This document shows, piece after piece, positions 1 to 12,399 of a stretch of 64,000 nucleotides of DNA. Numbering within the stretch: the first letter of the stretch is position 1; every line of letters begins with the position of its first letter. The stretch covers positions 648,934 to 712,933 of the forward strand of contig MU053520.1 in assembly GCA_013239625.1 (NCBI GenBank). Reading direction: 5' to 3'. Made by a program: the position numbers and the translations under genes. The stretch is from Lama guanicoe. Lineage: Eukaryota. Below the pieces are notes generated by a model. That model was not told the DNA's origin. It did no database searches and saw only the letters and a list, made by a program, of their open reading frames with translations.

Positions 1-34
1 TCACGTGAACTACTGATTCATTTGGACCAAAGGA

Positions 35-130
35 TAGTAGATCTGAAAGGAGCGTCAGAGATCATGTCTCAATTTTATTATTTCACAGAAGAAGAAAATG
101 AGTTCCCAGGCTGAATGAAATGACTTGTTA
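35..130 (-). mobile_element. MIR-family SINE fragment
   Basis: ATTTCACAGAAGAAGAAAATGAG...AATGACTTG resembles the reverse-complemented MIR core. Confidence 0.5.
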
Positions 131-1314
131 ACTGTCAGTTATTCATGTTACTTGAGGTAAATATATATCTCTCACCATACAGATTGACCTAAAGCTTAGG
201 AATATCTCTGTTCTGATTGAGTCCAAGCCTCAGTTACACTGTAAAAGTGAAATACTGATCTGGAAAGTCCACTAGTCTGAGAATCACTTAAATATTTACC
301 AGAGTGTCTGACATGTAATTGATGTCCCATGCCTAGACTATTGTTGGTGACAAATGGATGAATGACAATAAATGCTGTTTAGAGGGACCACGAGGGATCG
401 TTGTCACACAATGCACACACTGTATTTGTCCAAGGCAGGCCTTCTTATATTACAGCAAACTGGTAGGGAGGGACGTCAATCTGGAAACCGAGGACTTGTG
501 CTTTCTTTAATCTGCTGCCTGGGATAAATGATGTTATCTCAAAATGGTAAAAATTTAAAAAGAAATAGAAAAAGGAAAAAAAAATCAAGTCATAAATAAA
601 AGAGACTGCTACCAAATAGTAATTATGTCAAGCAAATAAAGCTGTCCTATATTATGCTTTAACCACATTTGACCCATTTAGAAAAATTAAAGAGGAAAGA
701 AGAGACAGAATGAAGAAAAATATTACCCTACAGAGACATTTCTAGCTCTGAATCTACGTCTTAACTCTGTTTCTGCAAAGTTTCCAACATAAATTGCCTC
801 TTTCAGCATCTTGGAGGGTGAAAACACATGCTAATACCAATAAATTGGATTTGTGTTGGGATATTTATGTGTGCATACATTAAAAAAAAGATTTGCATGC
901 AGCCCAGGATGGAGGAACAAACAGAGCATGAACCTTAGTTGCTAAGATAACAATACACACATTACACTGGAAGATGCAATTTGTGTATAAAACAGTTCCA
1001 TCACTGGTTAGGAGAGTGACATACTCTGGGATGATACACCTTTAAATTCAGTATTAAACATGAATAGAAGACTCCCACTGTTTGCCACCTCTGGTTTCCA
1101 CTCTTCTGGTTTATTCCTATATATCATTTCCTAACGTATTCAGTGTATATTTTATTTACTGATTATTTGTCAACTTTAAAAGAATAAAAAACATGCAAGA
1201 TATTTATAAGTATAGTTGTAAGCACCCTCTGGACTGTGCTATATGAATGATAATGTCAAAAGCAAAATGCAAAATTTGTTCAGAACCAACAGGCTAAGAA
1301 TCTAGCTATGTGTT

Positions 1315-1510
1315 AGGTTCTAGCTGTGTAACCTTAGCATTTTATTTACTCATTTATTTCAGGGCAGTTACATCAGTTTCCTAATCTGTACAATGGGCTG
1401 GATAACACTACTTATGTCATAAATATTTGGGAGGATCTAATCAGATAGTGCAGCACATAAAGAACTCGTTATAGCATTTAACAAACGGTAAGCTCTCAAT
1501 CATTGTTATT
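1315..1510 (+). mobile_element. MIR SINE
   Basis: CTAGCTGTGTAACCTT...CAGTTTCCTAATCTGTACAATGGG core, followed by a MIR-type tail (GTAAGCTCTCAAT). Confidence 0.7.
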
Positions 1511-2291
1511 TTCAAGTCTTTTCTAAAAACTGACATGTTAAGGATCTCAAGTCTGTCTGAAACTAGGCTTACATTTTCAAAAGACAGCATTAGGCATTCC
1601 CTATTCAAAATAGGAGAGATGGTAGGTATAGTCTGAGATGAAGCTGATTCTTCAGAAGGTTGACTATTACTAATGAAATAAATAGTATGAGCTGCGTATA
1701 GCAGGGCAGCTAAAAATTGATTTGAAAGAGAGATTGAGACTTCGCAGAAATGTTTCTCAAGAAAAGTTCCTGGGGAGAGGATTTGGGCCCAGTTCTAAAA
1801 CCATACGGTCAGAAAATGATTTTGTTGTTGTTGTTGTTTGTTTGTTTATTTGTTTTCTTCTCTGAAAATAGCCCAGGTCTTTCTTTTAACTTTGTCCTTG
1901 GCCCAGCCTCCTCTCATTCAGTCCCATTTATGCCTTGGTAGAATGAAAACCAGAGATTAAAAAGGAAGTAGCCATGTTGTATAAAACTCCTTAAGACTCT
2001 CAGACATAAAAAACCACTGCTTCTGTATCTCCTTCACTGAACCAGTTATGAAAGGGAGACAGACATTGCTCTGTCTTTTTGCCATGGACTCTGTGCAGCA
2101 TGGGCATCTAAAGGGCACCCATGCATTAGGGGTCTGGCCACTCTCCAAAGAAGTGGCAGAAGAGACTGTGGTGCTGGGCGGCAGGTGTAGATGAAAGCAG
2201 GAGAGGCAGTAGCAATGCCCAGAAGGAGTGCTAAGATTGTCAGGCACATAGCAACCTTTAAGAAATATTTGTTTAATGACTCCATGGTCCC

Positions 2292-2732
2292 TGTACTGGA
2301 ATGAATTGTGTTAAAAAAAATGTATATGTTTAAGTCCTAATCCCTGGTAACTATGAATGTGATCTTATCTGGAAATAAGGTCTTTGCCAATGTCTTAAAC
2401 ATCTAAAGTAAGGTCATACTGGATAAGGATGTACCCTAATCCAGTTACTGATGCCTTTATAAGAGGGAGATTTGGACTCAAATAAACACAAAGGGAAAAT
2501 GCCATGCAACCACAGAAGCAGAGAATGGACTGATGCATCTACAAGCCAAGGGATGCCAAGGATTGCCAGCAACTGCCAAAAGCTAGGAATCCACATGGAA
2601 GGATCCTCCTCCAGGCCTTCAGAGAGAGCACAGCCCTGCTAATACCTTCATTTCAGACTTCTGGCCTACAGAACTGTGAAATAATACATTTTTAAGGCAC
2701 TCAGTTTATGGCAGCCCTAGGAAACTAACACA
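2292..2732 (+). mobile_element. MaLR solo LTR (MLT1B/C-like)
   Basis: TG...CA ends; typical motifs GGAAATAAGGTCTTTGC, CTACAAGCCAAGG, CAGACTTCTGGCCT, GGCAGCCCTAGGAAACTAACACA; flanks GTCCC/GCCCC (4/5 TSD match). Confidence 0.88.
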
Positions 2733-4243
2733 GCCCCAAAGAAAAAGTATTTTGCTAATACCTAGCAAAGTCAAGGGTGTTTAGTGGGGAGTTAAAACAC
2801 CTCCTAGAAGGCTCTATGTTGCCTGATAAAAGTAGCAGAGCAGAGCTTAGCAGAATCCACAAAAATTCTGTGTTGTTGCCATGTAAGGGTTGGTCACACT
2901 ACTTAAAATGTACTTGCAAAGATGACCTTCGAGGGGCTTTCAACAGAACTTGAATAAAAGGGGCAAGAGGGAAGGCATGGTAGGGAGCTCGTGTTTATGG
3001 GCAGGTAAAAACAAAATTCATTTCCCAATGGCCTCTTTTTCAGCTCCACACTTGGGAGGCCCGAGGAAATGTAGGCTATAATATAGAACAGTTTCCATTT
3101 GATCATATGAAGAATTGCATCAGATTGTCTTTTCCTTACATGTGCATCAATGTTTTAGGGTCACTTATTACCCAGAAATGTGCTTTTTGCTAGAATGATT
3201 ATGCCAACTGTTCCACTTAAAAGGCTCTTGATCACTGAACACAGTGAAAAGTAATTCAGAAGTGCTGATTCCAGAGGAATGTTTTGATAACAGAAGTTGC
3301 CGAGGCAAGCCAGAATGAAAGCGTTTCTTAGCCTCAAATTGAAAGCATTTAAAAGAACCATAGTGGAAAATAGTAATAATGGGCCTTCAAAACTCATGAT
3401 AAACATACATTAGGAGTTATGATTAAATGAATTTTGACTAAACAAGATCCATGAAGCAACTATTACAAGATCTGAGTCCATTATGGGCATGGTGGATAGC
3501 CATAGGCATACGATAAATATTAATGATAAATTATATATGTATATACATATTTTTTTCTTTTTGAAATTGTCAATGATTAAGTGATTTGTAGTAAATACTT
3601 AGTCAGCTAAGACCAAAATCATTACAAAAATGTGAAGACAGCCTCGGTAGGGTGGTTAGAAGGGGTCCATGTGAAGGGGAGGCCACCTAAGCCATTGCTG
3701 TACCCTCTGGATTGATTCTAGGGATTTCTTGGTAGACCTAGGTATATTGGTTAGAAAGAAAACTTGTGGGTACAAAAATAACCATGGAGTATACTAAAAC
3801 ATGCATTATTATTTTAGTACTTCCATGAACCAGGGCCAGGTCTATGTTTGCATATATTAACTTACCACATTCATGTCACCATAAAACCCACTGGCACACA
3901 GGTAGGTAAAGTGGACTGCAAGTTTGAGCTGCATACTGTAGTTCTAAAGATCTGCCTTTAACCAGCACCTGTTTCAGGGTGGAAACAAGTCAAGTGTCAG
4001 AGTAAGCATTTAGTTGGTGTCATGGAGTCCTTCAACGGATAAAAATCAGAGGTCTTTGAGACTTATGGAACATGTGACAGGAGAAGACTGTGAATATACA
4101 ATGTGTAGAGAGACAAATAGGCACATGGTCATTTTTCAAAATGGTTTGGAAGAAGGTGGTCTCTTATTTATCTAAATGTACAGAAAAGTGTTGCTGTTCC
4201 TAGAGAAGACTGAGAAAATGAAGGAAGATCTCAGTATTTTGGG

Positions 4244-4400
4244 TGTTTTAATCATTTTGGGCTGCTATATCAGAATACCATACCCTGGGTGGTTTAAACA
4301 ATAAAAACTTGCTTCTCACAGGTCTGAAGGATGGGCAGTCCAGAGGCTGGGCAGTCCAGGATCAAGGTGCCAGCTGAGAGCACTCTTCCTTGTCTCATCT
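4244..4400 (-). mobile_element. MaLR MLT1-like LTR 3' part
   Basis: GGGCTGCTATATCAGAATACCATACCCTGGGTGGTTTAAACAA...TTCTCACAGGTCTGAAGG...GATCAAGGTGCCAGC. Confidence 0.75.
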
Positions 4401-4404
4401 ATAT

Positions 4405-4768
4405 AAGAGAGAGAGAGAGGGAAAGAGAGGGGTTTATTTCAAGGAACTGGCTTATGTAATTTTGAAGTCCAGAAAGTCCAAAATCTGCCTGAAAATCCAG
4501 GGGGAAGTTGGTGGTGTAGCTGGAGTCCAAAGGCAGTATTCCAACAGAACTCTTGCTTCCTGGCCTCAGTCTATTTTCTCTGAAAGCCTTTCACTGATTA
4601 GATGAGGCCCACTCACATTGTGGAGAATAATCTGCTTTACTCAAAGTCAACTGGTTTAAATGTTAATCTTATCTAAAAATGTATTCACACTAATATCCAG
4701 ATTGTTGTTTGATCCAATATCTGGGTACTATGGCTTAGCCAAGTTAACACATAAAATTAACTATCACA
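4405..4768 (-). mobile_element. ERVL MLT2-like LTR (5' and central part)
   Basis: GATTAGATGAGGCCCACTCACATT...AATCTGCTTTACTCAAAGTC...AAGTTAACACATAAAATTAACTATCACA is the reverse complement of the MLT2 start. Confidence 0.85.
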
Positions 4769-4771
4769 CCC

Positions 4772-4880
4772 ACTAACCCTTGAACTCCATGAGGGTAGAG
4801 ATTATGACTCTCTCTCATTGGTCTATCTCTAGCCTCCACACACTGTATCTAGTCTAGTGCCAGGTATACAGAAACCCCAG
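4772..4880 (+). mobile_element. L2 3' end fragment
   Basis: GAACTCCATGAGGGTAGAGA...TAGTGCCAGGTATACAG matches the L2 3' terminus. Confidence 0.55.
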
Positions 4881-6084
4881 TATCTCTTGGAAGATTAACT
4901 TCTTTTGAAGATTGAAGCAAGATGATCCACAACGTGGAATATGACATAATACAAAGCAGCAGTTGTGGCAGGCAAAAACATAAGAGAAGTTTTGGTCAAA
5001 GGGCAGGGACTATTTACAGTCTTTCTGTCTGATGTCACTTGGTGGAGGGGGTGATACTGTGTGTACAAATGAGTCATCAATGAGAAAAGATGGCTGGGGG
5101 CCTACAGATCCCCTCTATTCCTAAGGGCCAAGTTGCTGGTACACTTGGATATTCTTAGAATTATGGTAAATAAAACTAGGTTAAAAATTTGCTTATGATA
5201 CATAAGAAAAATCAGAGGCCTGAGTGAGCTTGAGTCATACTATTTCTCATGCTGCTGAATACTTTTATCTGTAGACATTGTGTGATGGATTTTCAGGGTC
5301 ATGAATATGCGTAGATATTTGAGCTGAGATTTAAATACTTCACATTTTGGCTTTGTCATGTCTATATGCATAAACAAAAAACATTTTCTTGGAAAACAAG
5401 TCTGAATTTTATGTCAGCCTTTATTTAGATGCAATTTATATAAAGCATTTCTAACACAAATGCAAGTCTTCTATCTTTGTCCTGACTTCTAACCCTGTTT
5501 TTTCCTGGGATCCATGACCTTTCTATATAAATCATGGTAGTGAATCATCTCTATCTATTTGGAGAAAATGCAGTTCTGGTGCACTCCATATTCTGACTCA
5601 CGACTGGAGGTTATGTGGAAATAGGTTCTGAGTCTTTAATTCTTATCTCTTCTGCTTCTGCATTGTTTGGGGAGGTTTTTCACAATGTACCTCTTACCAC
5701 AAAGCTTTTGCTTTGTTTGGCTTCTTTTGCTGCAAAGTGCTAGAGACTGCATAAGCTACTGATAGTTAAACAGGCTTAAAGGGTTAAGGAAAATCTGTTT
5801 CCAGTTTGGGGTCAGATCACGTCTTTTTTCCTCTATCTTCTTCTTTTAGACTACCACCAATCTTATTTTGTTGTTTCCACATACCTTTACTGCTGTTTCT
5901 AAATATAAAAAAAGATCTATCTAATAAGAAAAAAAAATAACTACTCTGAAGAATAGAATGTAAGTGAAATTTATTTCAAATCTTACTTCACTAGACAACA
6001 AGAGTTGATACTTTGATAAATAGAATGAAGACAAGGCAGAAATCTCTCTTTGTCTTGTGTTTGTGAATGTGTATGTGTGCACAT

Positions 6085-6530
6085 GCTGTGTTGTATATCC
6101 TCTTTGTGTCTCTCCATAACCCTACTCTACCCCAAAAGGCTGATCTCAATAGGCTTCTTTAGCTCTGGCTTCTAATTGGGCTGGGACAATCAGAAACTCC
6201 AAGAGGCAGTCATAAGGATGAGAGTGAGGGCTAAAGGTTTATTTCTTTAGTCCCCTTCCTTTTGGTTTGCTTGAAGCAGATTGTGTTCCTCTATGACTCC
6301 TCTCTCAAGACAGGCTCCTCTATATGTCTCTTAACTTTTAAATTCTGGTAGCTACTGCCTGCTGCTTTGCAGCAAGCTTAGAAGTTGTAAGGGTTCCACT
6401 GAAACTAGCCCCACGGTGTGTCCTATTATCTGTGCCCCTGTACCATGCTCACTCCTTTAAAACATTCTATTATCAAACACAAATGATCCTAATTTGAACG
6501 TGCAACCCATTTCCTGACAACTTCCCCTAC
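6085..6530 (+). mobile_element. ERVL LTR33-like solo LTR
   Basis: CTCTGGCTTCTAATTGGG...GTTTATTTC...CCCCTTCC...AATTTGAACGTGCAACCCATTTCCTG follow the LTR33 layout. Confidence 0.65.
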
Positions 6531-6599
6531 ATAACACAACACACACACACACACACTTTATATTACTGAAATGGGATGAATGGTGCATGCTATTCAAAC

Positions 6600-7080
6600 A
6601 CATTTTTTTTATTATTATACACCATAATTTGTTTCTCTAGTCTCATCTTAGTGGATATTTAGACTATTCCATTTTTTCATACTATAAGCAATGAGGACAT
6701 TAACACCCCATTTGCACATTTTGCTAAATTTTTGCAAAGTTAATTTATAGTAAATTCCTACAATAGGGTTTCTTTGTCAAAGGGTATGTGTATTTTCAAA
6801 TTTGATAGATACCTTCATTTTTTTTTCTTTTAGATTGCTGTACCAATTTCGGTCAGAATGAACATTTCTATTTCCTGTACACACTCCCAGCACTGTATTT
6901 TTTTTCCCCCAGAGCTGTATTTTAATGAACATTTTAATCTTTGACAATCTGAAATGAAAAATGTCACTACCATTTTAATTTTTATTTCTTGAATTATGAC
7001 AATATTGCATATACTCCGTGTGTTTATTTAACCATTTGCATTTCTTTTCCTGGGAACTTCCTATTGATAACTTTTGCTTG
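6600..7080 (-). mobile_element. Old L1 (L1M/L1ME-type) fragment, ORF2 end / 3' region
   Basis: GTCAAAGGGTATGTGTATTTTCAAATTTGATAGATAC, ACACTCCCAGCAC, AACCATTTGCATTTCTTTTCCTGGGAACTTCC. Confidence 0.7.
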
Positions 7081-8059
7081 TATCAATCACAACACTTATT
7101 TTTGAGACAAAAATTATGGTCTACAGTAGAAAAACATACATAACCTTAGAGTCTCCCTAATTTTACCCTAAACGATGTTTTTAAAGCTATATTTTTCCAT
7201 TATACTTTCCCTTTACATTTCAAAGTTATGTTTTTTTTTTCTAAATTTAATATGATTGGAGTTCCAAGATGAGGAGTCAGAGTTTACTGGCCCTCTGATT
7301 GGTGGAGGCTGTCTTGCTGCTTCTCAGGTTGTTTAATGACCTCATCTTTAAATACTGGCCAAAGCTTTATTGGTGCTCTCCTCCTCATGTCAAGTTTCAG
7401 GCATATGTCTTCCATTTCTTGACCTGTACTTTGCATTTCTGAAGTGAGCTTTAATGAGCAAAGTTTGCCACAATCAATTCATTTTAGTGATGTATCTACA
7501 TAGCAAATGCAAAGAGCAGAATAGAATGCACATCTAAACATGTGAACAGCGAGCTCTATATTCAGAGATACCTGGACGTGCATGCAAAAAAATTTTGCTT
7601 TAATCAATCTGAGTAGGTCTGAATTGTATCCAGATTTTCATGTGAAGTAACTGATGGACTGGAGCACAGGGAAAAAGATTATGCTTTGACCAATATTTAG
7701 AGCTTGATTGAAAAGAAAAGCTCATGAAAGCATGTTAGGGAGAATTTAAGAAAACCTGCTTGGTGGTTGATTTATTAGACTCTAATTAAAAGATAATTTT
7801 AAAGGTTACATATACACATACTCATGTGGCGTATTATGGTTTCTCTGTTTTATCCAGAAAATCTCAACCTAGAGTTACTAACTGTTCTATTTTACTGCAC
7901 ACATCAGAGATTGCACGGTTGTTGTTTCTCCTAGAGGACTAGATTTGACCATCCTTCTTGGGGTGGCGGTATCTTCCTCAGTAGGAAGGGAAGTACAGGA
8001 GCTGAAGCTGGATGCCCACAAGGCCCACCTGAGTCACTGTGTGGTTTATTATCAAGACA

Positions 8060-8228
8060 TTCCATTCAATGTTCTCAAGGACCCGCTGAGATAAGAACTG
8101 CCATCTCCATTTTCTGAAGTTAAGCAACTTCCTCAAGATCTCATAAAATAAGGAATGTGGTGTTGGATTTGAACTGAGGCCTTTCTGAGTCCAAACTCCA
8201 TGTTGCTGCCACTATACCAGTGCTCCTC
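8060..8228 (-). mobile_element. MIR SINE
   Basis: CTCCATTTT...GTTAAGCAACTTCCTCAAGATC...GGATTTGAACTGAGGC...CCACTATACC (reverse of the tRNA-like head). Confidence 0.7.
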
Positions 8229-9454
8229 AATCTATCCGTGATACAGGACGTTTTGTTTGGTTTTGTTTTCTGTCATAGATCAATACATGGTCCAACTAAC
8301 ATGACTAGTATGAAACTACTGCTCTGTGGAACTCACCGCACAAGTTCAACAACATCCAGATTGGTCTAGACTCTGTTCAATGAGAAGAATCTGTTGACCA
8401 CAGGCTTAGATGTCATGTCAATGCTGATTGCAAGAAAAGTTTTTAAAACTTGTAATTTTTATAGTTATTACATTTTGGTAACAAATATCTTACAGAGCAG
8501 CCCTGTCGGTGGACCCCACTCTGTTGCACAGCACTAGAAAATATTGGCAAAGCCTCATCTATCATCTGCTTTTTAAAGACCACCCATTATTATTGAATTT
8601 AAAGGATGGAAGTTGGAATTCTGCTTTTATGGTGAAATAAACCTCACACAAAATGGTCATTCAAAGCTTTTGTAGGAATAAATTATTCCCTGTGGAATGT
8701 ACTTGATAAGTAACAAACACAGAAAGCCATTGTTTGTTCTCTGTTAGACAGAGGGAGGCTAATTTTACAGTTTGTTGTAGCTGAATGTTTGGCATTTGTT
8801 ATTTTTATTCTTATTCTGTGTTGTGGATTTTTAATCTTTCCTTTGGAAAATTACTTTTTATTTAATTAGATATTTTGCTCAGTTCATTTGTAAATGAAGC
8901 AACCATACTTAAATAATTCTGATTCCTATGGCTCTCATTTTCCATCTGATTTCCTTCTTGGCTGATCTGCCTGTCTACATGGCTTGATTACCTTCCCAAA
9001 TTATCCTGTGCAAGCTATATTAAACCTTTAATATTTCAGCAATTTTGGCATCCTCTCTCCTTCCCCAAAGTACGCTTATCTGGAATACATTCTTCCATGA
9101 AGAGCAAAAAAAAAAATTTTTAAATCACATATCAGCATAAGTAGTATAGAAAATGATCCCTGGGTATTTAAAGAAATGCTTTAACTAATTAGGGAGATGC
9201 TTTAATATGTATCTCCAAATTGTTTCTCTTCAGTACATTTTGAAATAAACAACATACAGGTCTAATAACATGTTCTTGCTTTAAAAATTCATATATATTT
9301 TTTAAAGAAAACGATGTTCATTTCCCTTCTTTTGTGAGTTTTTTGTTGGTTGTGAAGAACAATAAAAAGATGTTCTATATACAACAGCATCTTATTATTA
9401 CAGTCTGTAAATAGTATAATAATTGCTCCTTTTTGGTGATCACCAGAGTCATTA

Positions 9455-9603
9455 TTTTTTTTTCTTTTTCTTTTTTTAACACTTTTTTTATGGTATGATT
9501 CCTGTACAGTGAACTATACACATTTCAGATGTTGCAATTTGATAAATTTTGATAGATGTATACACCAGCGAAACCACCACCACAATCAAGACAGCTAACA
9601 TTA
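9455..9603 (-). mobile_element. L1 3' end (L1MA/MB-type) with poly(T)
   Basis: T tract followed by GTACAGTGAACTATACACATTT...ACCACCACCACAATCAAGACAG. Confidence 0.7.
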
Positions 9604-10018
9604 GCTTTTATCCATTGTGCAAGTTGTCAATTTAGAGGGTCAGGATGGAGCTAGCCATTGTTTTTGAGGAAACAGTAACGATATTTTGAATCTGCTTAGT
9701 TGATCATTTAGACTAATGAGAGACTAAAGAAGTCATAAAGAAAAACGTCTGAAAACATCATCTATTTGGTTAAATGACAGGCAAAAACTAACACATAAAT
9801 AAAGGGAAAGCATCCAAGACTAACCCAGTTTCTCACACTCTGCATAAGAGAAGCATTGTGATCTCTGCCTTACGTGGGATATGTTTCTTGTTTGCTCTGG
9901 AGTTGGTGGCTTTTAGGAGGCTGGGAACCATATCTCTTTGAGTGATTCTGCATAGGCAAGCAGAGTTCTGAGAGCTATTTCCCACTGACTTCTACTATTT
10001 GTACCTAACTTTTAGGTC

Positions 10019-10450
10019 TGTATTTTGCCCCTAGGGCTGCCACAGCAAAGTACCAGCAGACGTTTGTTAAAACAAGAGACACTTAATCTTTAATAGCTTC
10101 AGAAGCTACAAGTCCCAAGTCAAGATACCGTCAGGGCCCTCTGAAACCTGCAAGGAGAATTCTTCACTTCTTTCTAGCTTCTTGTGGATAGCCAGAAATC
10201 TTTAGTATTCTTTGGCTTGTAGCTGGATCACCTCTAGTCTCTACATTTATTATCACATGGTATTCTGTGAGCATCTTCTACTAAAGACATCACTCACATT
10301 GGATTAGGGGCTTGCCCTACACCAGTATGACCTCATCTTAACTAATTATATCTGCAATAAGCCTATTTTCAGACAAGGTCACTTTCTGAAGTAATGAGGG
10401 TTAGATGGTCAACATTTCTTTTTGGAGGGGACATAATTCAATCTATAACA
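10019..10450 (-). mobile_element. MaLR solo LTR (MLT1C-like)
   Basis: TGTATT...CCTAGGGCTGCCACAGCAAAGTACC...ATTGGATTAGGG...GACATAATTCAATCTATAACA; flanks AGGTC/AGGCC (4/5 TSD match). Confidence 0.88.
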
Positions 10451-10559
10451 AGGCCTGAATAATTTATTATTTCAAATAAATATTCTGGCTAAAGCAATGT
10501 TTTCTACTACCACATAAGTATTTGTGAAAGCATATGAAATTTCCTAAATGTCAGATGCT

Positions 10560-10562
<3 letters not shown>

Positions 10563-10594
<32 letters not shown>

Positions 10595-10604
10595 TCACAC
10601 ACAC
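10563..10604. repeat. (CA)n microsatellite
   Basis: seen directly. Confidence 0.95.
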
Positions 10605-10739
10605 TCATTACAGCATTATCAATCTATGTGTTCTTAATTTTTCTATGCATAAATCATAAATGGCTTCGATAAAGTTTTAACGGTTTTCCCAAGGTGAATT
10701 TTGGGCTGGGGACCAGGGTAGAGCTCCTGTTGCACATTT

Positions 10740-10900
10740 TTTTGTGTTCTGAGCACTGTGCTGGCCACATTCATTATCCTATTTTATTCTCACAAAAACA
10801 CTAGTAGTATAATCATCAAATTCTACAGGTGAGGAAAACATCACCTAGAGACAAATTAACTTGTCCTAGAAAGTTATGTGAATGAGCCAATATTCAGACT
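10740..10900 (-). mobile_element. MIR SINE
   Basis: TGAGCACTGTGCTGG...TATTCTCACAAAAAC...TTCTACAGGTGAGGAAAAC. Confidence 0.6.
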
Positions 10901-11650
10901 ATACCATACAGCCTTCTAATCCTCTGGGATCAGAGAAAGAGTGTAAAGAAAAGTTGAAAAAATTATACATGACTTGATAGGTAGTTTTTTTCAGCAAAGT
11001 CTATAACCTACCAAAGCTAGTAACTACCTAGATGGCTTGATATTGCCCAGAGCACAGTAACTGTCACATTTTCTTAATTTATTATTGCAACATTTGGTAA
11101 CTTTTATTTACATAGTAATAAATTGCCTTAATAACTTCTAATAGCAGAACTGAATGTTAACTGAGGTCCCAGAGCACATATAAAGAGCTGGAGACTTAAA
11201 CACACAAAAAAAACCCACCGAAAGCAATAAACCTATAACAGACCCAGTGATATGAAGATGATTGTTGTATAATTACAACTGTGTACCAATGTTTATTTCA
11301 ATGCCTCATTGGCCATTTAATCAGAAACTATCAATATGCCTGAAGTTGGTTATGCAGGATAGCCTTCATAGCAAGCTAGCTGATGCTATAATCTTTATAG
11401 TTACTGCTGTGGTTGTAGTTACAGATCAACAGTCTTTGATCTCCAAATGTTCTGTCTTCAATCTAGCCTCATTGTGTGTTGCATGCACATATTACATGCA
11501 GCAACATACTCTGGGCTACCCACTCCTCTTTGTCCACGGTAAAAGAGTTATTTATCTGTACATTTCTTAAATATATAAGCAACCTGGTTCCAGAATCCCA
11601 TTTAAGGGTCCACCCTTAAGGGTGTTGAGGCCACCCTTAGCACCATCTAC

Positions 11651-12100
11651 TGTATTTCGTCATTATTGTAGCAGGGAGCAGCAAAAAGCTGGCAATGTGC
11701 AAAGCTGTGGACAGGGCGTATGGAAATCACAAGGTAGAATGCAGTAACCTAGGACCAGAAATAGTGGAACCTCATGACCATCCTTAGACTTGAAGGAGCA
11801 GGGGCAAGGAGCAGTTAACTAAACTTGGAAAGTAAGAGAACGGTGTAGAAGGTCACATAACAGATTTGGGGTTCTTCAGTTAATAGATAACAATAGCGCT
11901 CATGGAACCCAACAGGAGAGTAGCTGGGGAAGAAAATACTTTGATCTCATCCTCTTCCCCTCCGATCGCCTGTTGACCAAACTCAACCTGTGCTGGAGGA
12001 TCAGGGATGCAGTTCACACAGGTCAGCCACCCAGGGCACAGAATAGGGTAGGGAAAGATGAAAAATAGAGCTGCAAGGGCAAAGGAAAATACATGTGCAC
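11651..12100 (-). mobile_element. ERVL LTR33-like LTR
   Basis: GATGCAGTTCACACAGGTCAGCCACCCAGGGCACAGAATAGGGT...GAGCTGCAAGGGCA is the reverse of the LTR33 5' region. Confidence 0.6.
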
Positions 12101-12399
12101 ACTTTCCAAAAAGGCAAAGCATTCCCAATGGTGTCTGAGGGATTCAAGGGCACAGACTCTCTAAGGAAATGTTTGCTCTCCCCGTGTCAGCTTTCCTTCA
12201 ACCTCAGACCTTAACAGCACCCACAGTTTGGACTCCAAGTGATACTGATAAAACTATGCTTCGACGTTCCCCTTTTTTCCACCAGCATGCCGCCAGCAAA
12301 TTTTAAAGGAGGTCAACTTGGCCTCAGCATTACCCAGGGCAGAGTTTTTAGTCTTTCGGCACTCCCAGTGCTCCCAGCAAGCTCTCGAATCCACCTCCT

